Below, one piece after another: positions 8,204 to 19,479 of a stretch of DNA of 32,000 nucleotides. The DNA is from Coprobacillaceae bacterium. GTDB taxonomy: Bacteria; Bacillota_I; Bacilli_A; Erysipelotrichales; Coprobacillaceae. The stretch lies in contig OY776328.1 of the NCBI GenBank assembly GCA_963675515.1, positions 180,001 through 212,000 on the forward strand. The letters run 5' to 3'. The translations under genes were made by a program, and so were the position numbers. The notes beneath the pieces are model-generated. The model was not told the DNA's origin, made no database searches, and saw only the letters and a list, made by a program, of their open reading frames with translations. Within the stretch, counting starts at the first letter, position 1; each line of letters begins with the position of its first letter.

Positions 8204-8212
8204 TGCTATAAT
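8204..8212 (+). promoter_or_regulatory. extended -10 promoter element (TGcTATAAT) for yaaA-recF-gyrBA
   Basis: TGCTATAAT lies 26 nt upstream of the yaaA ATG. It has the same ATGCTATAAT context as the element at 1406. Confidence 0.45.
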
Positions 8213-8237
8213 CAAGTAGTTGGAAAGAGGATAAATT

Positions 8238-8442
8238 ATGGAAAAAGTACTTATAAAAGATGAATATATTACTTTGGGACAATTTTTGAAATTTTCAGGC
8301 ATAGCCGACAGTGGAAACATTGCCAAATTCATTATTCAAGACGGACTTGTTTTGGTTAACAATGAAGTTTGCTTCATGCGTGGCAAGAAACTGCATGCGG
8401 ATGATATAGTCGAATTTGAAGGTCAAGAATACTTAGTTGTTC

Positions 8443-8453
<11 letters not shown>
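8238..8453 (+). CDS. yaaA: S4-domain RNA-binding protein YaaA
   Basis: 71 aa with an S4-like fold signature (ITLGQFLKFSGIADSGNIAKFIIQDGLVLVNNE). Occupies the conserved dnaN-yaaA-recF slot. Confidence 0.85.
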
Positions 8454-11437
<2,984 letters not shown>

Positions 11438-11447
11438 GAGATAATAG

Positions 11448-13913
11448 ATGGAAGAACAAGGAATCAGAAAAGTTAACCTAACCTCTGAGATGAAAAATTC
11501 CTTTATGGAATATGCAATGTCGGTTATCGTGCAAAGAGCGTTACCTGACGTCCGTGACGGGTTAAAACCGGTCCAACGGAGAATTATCTACGGTATGAAT
11601 GACCTCGGTTGTCGCGCCAGCACACCGTATAAGAAATCGGCCCGTATTGTAGGGGAAGTAATGGGGAAATATCACCCTCATGGTGACTCTTCGATATATG
11701 AAGCATTGGTCAGAATGGCTCAGGATTTCTCATATCGTTACATGTTGGTAGATGGCCATGGTAACTTCGGATCGATAGATGGTGATGGGGCGGCAGCGCA
11801 ACGTTATACGGAAGCGAGAATGTCAAAAATTTCGATGGAACTGGTTAAGGACATCGATAAAAACACCATTGATTTCATCGCCAACTATGATGGCGAAGAA
11901 CAAGAACCGGTTGTATTGCCGGCAAGGATACCCAATTTGCTTATCAACGGTACAACAGGAATTGCCGTGGGGATGGCTACAAACATCCCGCCTCACAACC
12001 TGGTGGAGGTGGTCAATGCAATAATCGCAGTTGCCAAGAATCCTGATATCACGATAACAGAGTTGATGGAAGATTACATTCAGGGTCCTGATTTCCCGAC
12101 CGGGGCTTTGATTCTGGGAAAATCAGCAATCAAAAAGGCTTATGAAACCGGTAATGGTCTTGTAATAATGAGAGCACGTTGCGATATCGAATATAAAAAC
12201 AACAAGCCAATTATTATCGTTACCGAAATACCATACCAGGTCAACAAGGCTCGTCTGATTGAAAAAATATCTCATCTGGTTAAAGACAAGAAAATTGAAG
12301 GTATTACTGACCTTCGTGACGAGTCAAACCGCGAAGGTATCCGCATAGTCATTGAATTACGGCGTGACGTCCAACCCGAGGTTCTGTTGAATCAGCTGTA
12401 TAAGCTTTCGGCTTTGCAGACCACTTTCGGTGTTAATTCAATCGCTTTGGTGAACAATGAGCCTAAAAAATTGAATTTAAAAGAGTTAATTTCTCTTTAC
12501 CTGGAGCATCAGGAGGAAGTTGTTACCAGAAGAATAAAATTCGAACTGGAAAAGGCTGAAGCGCGCGCTCACATTCTGGAAGGTTTGAAAACAGCAATTG
12601 ACAATATCGATGCAATAATTGATCTTATCCGTTCTTCTCGTACCACTGATATCATCCAACAAAGGTTGATGGACGAGTTTTCAATGTCGGAAAAACAAGC
12701 TAAAGCTATTCGTGAAATGCAACTGCAACGTTTAGCAGGATTGGAAAGAGAAAAGTTGGAAAATGAGTTAAACCAGTTGATGGAACTTATAGCTGATTTG
12801 AAGGATATCTTGTTGAACAAGGAACGATTGTTGAATATCATTTATGAAGAATTGGAACAAGCAAAAGAGAAATATGGGGATCCACGAAGGACGGAAATCA
12901 TTCAAGGGTCATTTGATCTTGAAGATGAAGATTTGATTCCTGTAGAAGATATCATCATATCATTGACAAACAATGGCTATATTAAAAGGATGCCGGTAGA
13001 CACTTATAAAACTCAAAATAGGGGTGGAAAAGGTGTCAAGGCAATGGCGACTACAAATGATGACATCGTTGACAGTTTAATTAATATGTCGACTCATGAC
13101 TATCTGTTATTCTTCACCAATCTTGGTCGGGTATATCGTATAAAAGGTTACAATGTTCCTGAATACGGGCGGACCGCCAAAGGATTGCCGGTTGTAAATC
13201 TCTTGAATTTGGATGCGAATGAAACCGTAAAATCAATGATTTCAATCGCTGCAGATGACACAAACGATAGCGAGATTGATAATAAATTCTTGTTCTTCGT
13301 GACACGTAACGGTTTGGTAAAGAGAGTTGTTTTGGACGAGTTCGATAATATCCGCCAAAATGGTAAAATTGCGATCACATTGAAAGAAGATGACGAATTG
13401 GTAGATGTCAAGTTGACTAATGGCAACAATGAGATATTGATGGCTTCAAATTTGGGAAAATTGGTCCGTTTCAATGAAAATCAGGTCAGATCGATGGGGC
13501 GAACTGCTTCGGGTGTCAAGGGAATCAATGTTGATGGAGGTCACGTTATTGGAGTAACCACCGACAACGAAGGGCAAAATATCATGGTATTGACTTCTAA
13601 AGGTTATGGAAAAATGAGTCCGATCGACGATTACCGATTGTCAAATCGCGGCGGTAAAGGCGTTAAAACTGTCAATATAACCGAAAGGAATGGTCAGCTC
13701 GTTGCAATCAGAGCGGTTGATGGCGATGGCGATTTGTTGATCATTACGACAAACGGTATTATTATCAGATTGCCATTGGATCAGGTTAAAATGTCCGGAA
13801 GAGCAACGCAGGGCGTAAGACTGATAAGGGTTGATGATGACAATGAGGTTTCTTCAATTGAAATTGTCAGCAAAAGTGACGAACCTGAGACAATTGATTC
13901 ACAAGAAAATTAG
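11448..13913 (+). CDS. gyrA: DNA gyrase subunit A
   Basis: [31 protein letters not shown], active-site [10 protein letters not shown] and C-terminal beta-pinwheel repeats ([14 protein letters not shown]). Confidence 0.98.
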   Translation: MEEQGIRKVNLTSEMKNSFMEYAMSVIVQRALPDVRDGLKPVQRRIIYGMNDLGCRASTPYKKSARIVGEVMGKYHPHGDSSIYEALVRMAQDFSYRYMLVDGHGNFGSIDGDGAAAQRYTEARMSKISMELVKDIDKNTIDFIANYDGEEQEPVVLPARIPNLLINGTTGIAVGMATNIPPHNLVEVVNAIIAVAKNPDITITELMEDYIQGPDFPTGALILGKSAIKKAYETGNGLVIMRARCDIEYKNNKPIIIVTEIPYQVNKARLIEKISHLVKDKKIEGITDLRDESNREGIRIVIELRRDVQPEVLLNQLYKLSALQTTFGVNSIALVNNEPKKLNLKELISLYLEHQEEVVTRRIKFELEKAEARAHILEGLKTAIDNIDAIIDLIRSSRTTDIIQQRLMDEFSMSEKQAKAIREMQLQRLAGLEREKLENELNQLMELIADLKDILLNKERLLNIIYEELEQAKEKYGDPRRTEIIQGSFDLEDEDLIPVEDIIISLTNNGYIKRMPVDTYKTQNRGGKGVKAMATTNDDIVDSLINMSTHDYLLFFTNLGRVYRIKGYNVPEYGRTAKGLPVVNLLNLDANETVKSMISIAADDTNDSEIDNKFLFFVTRNGLVKRVVLDEFDNIRQNGKIAITLKEDDELVDVKLTNGNNEILMASNLGKLVRFNENQVRSMGRTASGVKGINVDGGHVIGVTTDNEGQNIMVLTSKGYGKMSPIDDYRLSNRGGKGVKTVNITERNGQLVAIRAVDGDGDLLIITTNGIIIRLPLDQVKMSGRATQGVRLIRVDDDNEVSSIEIVSKSDEPETIDSQEN

Positions 13914-13920
13914 CTTATTG

Positions 13921-13954
13921 ACTGTAGTTATCGAAAATAACTGCAGTTTTTTTT
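13921..13954 (+). terminator. intrinsic terminator after gyrA
   Basis: ACTGTAGTTAT-cgaaa-ATAACTGCAGT (11 bp with one G-U pair) followed by T8. Confidence 0.85.
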
Positions 13955-14086
13955 ACAGATAATGAAATATTAATGTATTTTTTTTAGTTTTGGCTAGAAT
14001 AAGTTGAGGTTGATAAAGATAGAGAAAGGAAAATTGATATTATAATTGCTCATTCGATAAGCATCTATAATATTATGGGGGGACTT

Positions 14087-14947
14087 ATGATTAAATTGGT
14101 AATAAGCGACATTGATGGAACTCTAGTCGCCAACGGAAAGCAGATAAGTAAGCAAAATTTGGAAGCTATAGAGAAACTAAATAAGAACAACATAGAATTT
14201 GGAATCGCCACAGGGCGAGACTTCATAAGCGCTAAAGGTACATTGAGTGATATCACTGTCAAAATGGATTACTTATGTTGCAGTGGAGCCCAGTATTACG
14301 ATAAAGATGAGAATATAATAATGGAGCGTTTATTGGAAGTGCATCAGGTAGAAAGAGTCATTGATGTGCTTGAAAGCACCAAAATTCCACATATGATTGT
14401 GACCAATGAAGGCCTATTTTCACTAAATCCGCAACTTGCCAGGGATGAATTTTTTGAACGGGTTAAGTCGCATTTCGGTGGCAGTGAGGAAGAAGAGATT
14501 AAGTTGGATAGTCTTCCATTCAGCAATGTGAATATAATTGAAAACATAGACACGTGGCTGAGCGATAGTCTGAAGGTGATCAAATTTGAAATATTCTCTT
14601 TGGATGCGAATTTGCTGCAGGTTGTAAAGGATCGAGTTAAACACATTGACAATATCGCTTCCTTGTCATCTTTTGAAGATAATGTCGAAATAACCCATAT
14701 TGAAGCTCAAAAGGGTGTCATATTGGAGCGGGTAGCTAAACTCAAAGGATTGGAAAAGGACGAAGTTGCAATAGTAGGGGACAGTTTTAATGACATAAGC
14801 ATGTTTGAGTTGTTCAACTATTCTTTTGCCCCAAACTCCGGAATAGAGCCAATCAAAAATATGGCGTACCATGTCACTTGCAGCTGTGAAGAACACGGGT
14901 TTAGTGAAGCGGCAGATTACATTATTGAAAGCATCAATAGGTTGTAG
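14087..14947 (+). CDS. Cof-type HAD-IIB family phosphatase
   Basis: DIDGTL nucleophile motif at the N-terminus, GDSFNDISMF motif IV and a cap-domain-length insertion. ATG 14087 is preferred over 14075 because a G-rich RBS (GGGGGG) lies just upstream. Substrate is unknown. Confidence 0.8.
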   Translation: MIKLVISDIDGTLVANGKQISKQNLEAIEKLNKNNIEFGIATGRDFISAKGTLSDITVKMDYLCCSGAQYYDKDENIIMERLLEVHQVERVIDVLESTKIPHMIVTNEGLFSLNPQLARDEFFERVKSHFGGSEEEEIKLDSLPFSNVNIIENIDTWLSDSLKVIKFEIFSLDANLLQVVKDRVKHIDNIASLSSFEDNVEITHIEAQKGVILERVAKLKGLEKDEVAIVGDSFNDISMFELFNYSFAPNSGIEPIKNMAYHVTCSCEEHGFSEAADYIIESINRL

Positions 14948-14949
14948 TT

Positions 14950-16131
14950 ATGGAGAATAGGTTGTGGACTGGAAAATTCATTCTGTCTTTAGCGATATTG
15001 TTCGGAATTTCATTGATATCGAATATGGTGCTTTCGACACTGACGGTTTTTGCCAAAAATCTTACCTCCGTTGACACCTACGCAGGATTGATGACAACCG
15101 TATTTACAATTTCAGCTTTAAGTGTCAGGTTGTTTGCAGGTATGTTGTTGGACCGCCTTAACTGTAAAAAAGTGGTGATTTCGGGTCTGTCATTGATGTT
15201 GATTGCCACAGTATTGTTCCTGTTTTGCCAGGATATTAACACAGCTCTGATTTTCCGTGCACTCCAGGGTGCCGGCTTTGGAATAAGCTCCACGGGCGCG
15301 AGCACATATATAGTAAAGAATCTTGATCCACAATTTTTGCTTGAGGGAGTAGGTTATTCTTCAATCGCAAATGGAATAACAGCTGTCATAGGACCTTCAT
15401 TGGGATATTTACTAATAGGGGCCAAGTATGATAATTTCACAAATCTTTTCATGGCCAGTTCAATTGTTATTGCAGTCTTGATGGGGATGATGCTAATTGG
15501 TAAGGAACCAAATACTGTAAGGGAAACAAAAAACGACAATAAATCGATGATGCATATCGATCTGAAGTCCCTGGTGGTTCCACTAGTTTTATTGTTTCTT
15601 AACGCATTGACGCAAAGTGGAGTCGTATCATTCATATCACTTTATGCAATTTCACTGGGTTTTGGTTCCATCGGGTTGTTTTTCAGTATCAATGCTTTTG
15701 GGATCATTATCTCACGTCTTTTCATGAACCGATTGGTCAGAAAATTCGGAAAGTTTTCAATGATCGCCTTGAATTCTTCAGTGTTTTCCATATCAATCTT
15801 TTTCATATCAAAGGTTCATAGTGAAATACAATTGTTAGCATTGGCTTTGCCGGCTGGATTTGCAATGGGAAGCATTGCTCCAATAATAAATACACATATT
15901 GTTGAATGCTTGCCTTTGGATAAGTTGGGATTCGGGAACGCCATGTATTATAGCGGTTTGGATTTGGGATATGGCCTGGGATCATTCGTGCTTGGTATCA
16001 TCGCTTTGAATTATTCCTACAGTCATGTTTTTCTTACCGGCGCAGTTATTCAAATGTTTTGCTTTGCGCTTGCTTCAATCTATCATTTTAAGTTAAAAAA
16101 TAAGTATGCTGTTGAAGATATTTTGCAGTAA
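14950..16131 (+). CDS. MFS transporter
   Basis: 393 aa with about 12 predicted hydrophobic helices. An MFS loop 2-3 motif-like LLDRLNCKK is present. Starts 3 nt after the HAD gene stop. Confidence 0.75.
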   Translation: MENRLWTGKFILSLAILFGISLISNMVLSTLTVFAKNLTSVDTYAGLMTTVFTISALSVRLFAGMLLDRLNCKKVVISGLSLMLIATVLFLFCQDINTALIFRALQGAGFGISSTGASTYIVKNLDPQFLLEGVGYSSIANGITAVIGPSLGYLLIGAKYDNFTNLFMASSIVIAVLMGMMLIGKEPNTVRETKNDNKSMMHIDLKSLVVPLVLLFLNALTQSGVVSFISLYAISLGFGSIGLFFSINAFGIIISRLFMNRLVRKFGKFSMIALNSSVFSISIFFISKVHSEIQLLALALPAGFAMGSIAPIINTHIVECLPLDKLGFGNAMYYSGLDLGYGLGSFVLGIIALNYSYSHVFLTGAVIQMFCFALASIYHFKLKNKYAVEDILQ

Positions 16132-16192
16132 GGCACATTTGATAGTTATTGTATAAGTTTATAAAAAAGGTCAATATTGCTGGGGGGATAAT

Positions 16193-16915
16193 ATGAATCA
16201 TGAAACTACAATTACCGCTATTTTGGATTACCAAGATGCGGATTTTACTGGGAAAATAAAATTAACCAAACTATTGGAGCAATTGTCTTATGTAGCCCAT
16301 ATCAACAGCATTGAAAACAGGTTTTGGAATGAGACGATGATGGGTAAATATGGATGGATCATTTTAAAGCAAAGAATCCAGTTTTCAAAGCCGATTACCA
16401 TCAAGGACTCTTATGATCTCACTACATATCCAGGTGATTATTCCCGCGTCAAGTTCTACCGCAATACATTTGCAATGGTCAATGATGAAGTTGTCATGAA
16501 GCAGACAGCACTATGGTCATTTATTGACATTACTTCTAGACGCGTGATTGCTCCCGCTAAAATGAGTTTGGAATTTCCAGAGGACACAAAAGGCGACATT
16601 TTAATAGAATTCAAAGATATTAATTTGGATTTTGATTTTGAATTCTGCAAGGAAGTGGTAGTTGAATACTCCAATATTGATATTAATCGTCATCTAAATA
16701 ATGTCAAATATATTGAGTGGTGTCTCGATTCAATAGACATTGAATATATTACCAATAATGAAATATCGGACATATCATTGAACTATTTCAAAGAGTCTCA
16801 TTATAAGGAAGTACTTCACATCCATCGCTGCATTTTTGACAACGAATGGAAATTCATTGTTACCGGTCTGGATAGTAAGGACGTACGCTTTTCTTGTCAT
16901 ATTGAGGTTAGATAA
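16193..16915 (+). CDS. acyl-ACP thioesterase family protein
   Basis: Double hot-dog layout recalled for PF01643. Contains YGWIILKQRIQFSKP, ALWSFIDITSRRVI and YSNIDINRHLNNVKYIEW (the DxN.H catalytic region). Confidence 0.7.
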   Translation: MNHETTITAILDYQDADFTGKIKLTKLLEQLSYVAHINSIENRFWNETMMGKYGWIILKQRIQFSKPITIKDSYDLTTYPGDYSRVKFYRNTFAMVNDEVVMKQTALWSFIDITSRRVIAPAKMSLEFPEDTKGDILIEFKDINLDFDFEFCKEVVVEYSNIDINRHLNNVKYIEWCLDSIDIEYITNNEISDISLNYFKESHYKEVLHIHRCIFDNEWKFIVTGLDSKDVRFSCHIEVR

Positions 16916-16918
16916 TTC

Positions 16919-16947
16919 TTTAAATATTGCAGTAAATAAGGTATAAT
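16919..16947 (+). promoter_or_regulatory. candidate serS promoter
   Basis: TTTAAA, a 17-nt spacer, then TATAAT (16942..16947). The leader to the AGAGGTG RBS is only about 20 nt. Confidence 0.35.
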
Positions 16948-16975
16948 TCACTTATATTCTAAAAGAGGTGTAAAG

Positions 16976-18265
16976 ATGATTGATATAGCTATATTAAGAG
17001 AAAATCCTGATCTTGTACGTGAAAACATTAAGAAAAAATTTCAAGATCATAAACTGGAATTGGTAGACAAAGCACTGGAACTTGATGTTTCATACCGTGA
17101 AGCATTAACTGAAGCTTCGAATCTAAGAAGCGAGAGAAATAAAGCTTCAAAAGAAATTGGAGCTCTAATGCGTCAAGGAAAAAAAGATGAGGCTGATGGT
17201 GTTAAAGCAAAAATTGCAGCTATCGGGACAAAAATCGATAATTTGGAAGTGTTGGAAAAAGATTATGGAACACAATTGAATGATATAATGATGAAAATCC
17301 CGAATTTTATCGATGATTCAGTACCTTTGGGAAAGGATGACAATGATAATGTTGAAATCCGTAAATATGGAGAACCTCTAGTTCCTGACTTTGAGATACC
17401 TTATCATACCCAAATAATGGAAACTGTTGATGGAATCGATATGGATGCTGCAGGACGAGTTGCTGGTCAAGGCTTCTATTATCTTATGGGAGATGTGGCA
17501 CGATTGCATTCTGGAATCCTTTCATATGCCCGCGATTTCATGATTGACCGCGGATTTACTTACGTGATTCCACCGTACATGATCAGATCATCTGTTGTGA
17601 CTGGGGTTATGTCCTTTGAAGAAATGGATTCTATGATGTACAAAATTGAAGGCGAAGATTTGTATCTTATTGGTACATCAGAACATTCGATGATTGGCAA
17701 GTTCATCGATTCAATTTTGGAAGAGGAAAAACTACCTTATACGTACACTTCTTACTCGCCGTGCTTCCGTAAAGAAAAGGGTGCTCATGGAATCGAAGAA
17801 AGAGGTGTCTATAGAATTCACCAATTTGAGAAACAGGAAATGATTGTTGTCTGTAAGCCAGAAGAAAGCAAGCTTTGGTTTGACAAATTATGGCAAAACA
17901 CTGTAGATTTATTTAAAAGTTTGGATGTACCGGTAAGAACATTGGAATGTTGTTCAGGTGATTTGGCTGACTTGAAAAGCAAGTCAATTGACGTTGAAGC
18001 ATGGTCGCCAAGACAGAAAAAATACTTCGAAGTGGGATCATGTTCTAATTTGACGGATGCTCAGGCACGTCGTTTGAATATCAGAATAAACGGCGCCGAA
18101 GGAAAATATTTTGCCCATACATTAAATAATACTTGTGTGGCACCACCTAGAATGTTGATTGCATTTTTGGAGAACAACTTGAACAGCGATGGCTCAATAA
18201 ATATTCCTGTAGCGTTGCGACCATATATGGGGAATAAGGATAAAATTGTTCCCAACTCTAAATAA
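16976..18265 (+). CDS. serS: seryl-tRNA synthetase
   Basis: N-terminal coiled-coil arm. Class II motifs: FRKEKGAHG...RGVYRIHQFEKQE (motif 2) and GSCSNLTDAQARRLNIR...HTLNNTCVAPPRMLIAFLEN (motif 3). Confidence 0.96.
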   Translation: MIDIAILRENPDLVRENIKKKFQDHKLELVDKALELDVSYREALTEASNLRSERNKASKEIGALMRQGKKDEADGVKAKIAAIGTKIDNLEVLEKDYGTQLNDIMMKIPNFIDDSVPLGKDDNDNVEIRKYGEPLVPDFEIPYHTQIMETVDGIDMDAAGRVAGQGFYYLMGDVARLHSGILSYARDFMIDRGFTYVIPPYMIRSSVVTGVMSFEEMDSMMYKIEGEDLYLIGTSEHSMIGKFIDSILEEEKLPYTYTSYSPCFRKEKGAHGIEERGVYRIHQFEKQEMIVVCKPEESKLWFDKLWQNTVDLFKSLDVPVRTLECCSGDLADLKSKSIDVEAWSPRQKKYFEVGSCSNLTDAQARRLNIRINGAEGKYFAHTLNNTCVAPPRMLIAFLENNLNSDGSINIPVALRPYMGNKDKIVPNSK

Positions 18266-18786
18266 TGAGCGATAAGGAAGTCAAGATTGCCCATGCGACT
18301 CCTGACGATGCGCGCAAAGTAATTGAATACTTGAAAATTGTTGGTGACGAAACCGATAATCTCTCATTTTCTGGTGATTCTATAAATATAAATGAGTTAG
18401 ATGAGGCAACACTTATCGCCAGCATATCGGAAATGAACAATTCTTGCATGATTCTAGCATGGCTTGATGATCAAATTATTGGTATAGGATCACTTGAGGG
18501 ACTACCCAGAGAACGTTTTGCTCACCGATCTTCACTGGGTGTAAGCGTCAAAAAGGAGTTCTGGGGCATTGGAATCGGAACATACCTTATTGATGAATTA
18601 ATTGAATATGCTATGAACCATAATTTGGAGGTTTTGGACTTGGAGGTTATTGTCTCTAACAAGAGGGCTATCAAATTGTACGAGAGCTTTGGTTTTGAAA
18701 TAGTTGGCGAATATAAAAATTATTCGGTAGTTGATGGAAAATCATTAAATGCATACATCATGACACTTGACCTTATGGTTGATTAA
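18265..18786 (+). CDS. GNAT-family N-acetyltransferase
   Basis: 173 aa. Acetyl-CoA motif A region VKKEFWGIGIGTYLIDELIEYA and motif B NKRAIKLYESFGFE. Its start overlaps the serS stop as TAATG. Confidence 0.85.
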   Translation: MSDKEVKIAHATPDDARKVIEYLKIVGDETDNLSFSGDSININELDEATLIASISEMNNSCMILAWLDDQIIGIGSLEGLPRERFAHRSSLGVSVKKEFWGIGIGTYLIDELIEYAMNHNLEVLDLEVIVSNKRAIKLYESFGFEIVGEYKNYSVVDGKSLNAYIMTLDLMVD

Positions 18787-18799
18787 GTTAAATTACCAC

Positions 18800-18828
18800 T
18801 TGATAATTGTATCGTTTTAAGTTATAAT
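18800..18828 (+). promoter_or_regulatory. near-consensus sigmaA promoter of the SRP RNA gene
   Basis: TTGATA (18800..18805), a 17-nt spacer, then TATAAT (18823..18828). The predicted start is 7-8 nt downstream, at the first base of the RNA helix. Confidence 0.75.
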
Positions 18829-18835
18829 ATTCATT

Positions 18836-18914
18836 GCCACTACAATAGGCGGCTTCGAACCATGTCAGGACCGGAAGGTAGCAGCATTAAGAATGCCCGT
18901 TTATGTGTAGTGGC
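18836..18914 (+). ncRNA. ffs: small (4.5S-type) signal recognition particle RNA
   Basis: Terminal helix GCCACTACA...TGTAGTGGC encloses the conserved domain IV core TCAGGACCGGAAGGTAGCAGC (GGAA tetraloop), followed by TTTTT. About 79 nt. Confidence 0.85.
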
Positions 18915-18984
18915 TTTTTATTACCTAGTCGAGGAAAATCGTGGCGTTAGTTATACACGGTGATCAAGTAGGAGCAATGCAAAA

Positions 18985-19428
18985 ATGAACGTAGATGAAT
19001 TTTATATGAAAATTGCATACGATGAGGCCCTGAAATGTCTTGAGATAGATGAGGTGCCCGTAGGTGCCATAATAGTCAAGGACAATCAGATTATTTCTGC
19101 AGCGCATAACACAAAAGAGACGACGCAGATGGCAACCAGCCACGCGGAAACACTGGCGATAATGGAGGCCTGCTCGAAATTGAATTCCTGGCGGCTGGAC
19201 GAATGTGTACTTTACACAACATTAGAGCCTTGTTTGATGTGCTCGGGTGCAATCATATCAAGCAGAATCAAGAGAGTTGTATATGGAACTCGTGAATATC
19301 GGTGGATTGCATTGGATCGGATAATGCAGGATAAGTCAAGTATCAATCACCATCCTGAAATCACGTCAGGCATAATGGAGAATGAGTGTTCTCAAATAAT
19401 TAAAGATTACTTTAAAAACAAGAGATGA
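18985..19428 (+). CDS. tadA: tRNA adenosine(34) deaminase TadA
   Basis: CDA-fold zinc motifs HAE (SHAETLAI) and PCLMCSGA. 147 aa. Confidence 0.93.
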   Translation: MNVDEFYMKIAYDEALKCLEIDEVPVGAIIVKDNQIISAAHNTKETTQMATSHAETLAIMEACSKLNSWRLDECVLYTTLEPCLMCSGAIISSRIKRVVYGTREYRWIALDRIMQDKSSINHHPEITSGIMENECSQIIKDYFKNKR

Positions 19429-19444
19429 TATATCTTTTGTTTTT

Positions 19445-19453
19445 TGTTATAAT
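19445..19453 (+). promoter_or_regulatory. extended -10 element (TGtTATAAT) upstream of dnaX
   Basis: TGTTATAAT lies about 27 nt upstream of the dnaX ATG. No clear -35. Confidence 0.4.
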
Positions 19454-19479
19454 GATATTTAGTATTGGAGGTAATTATA

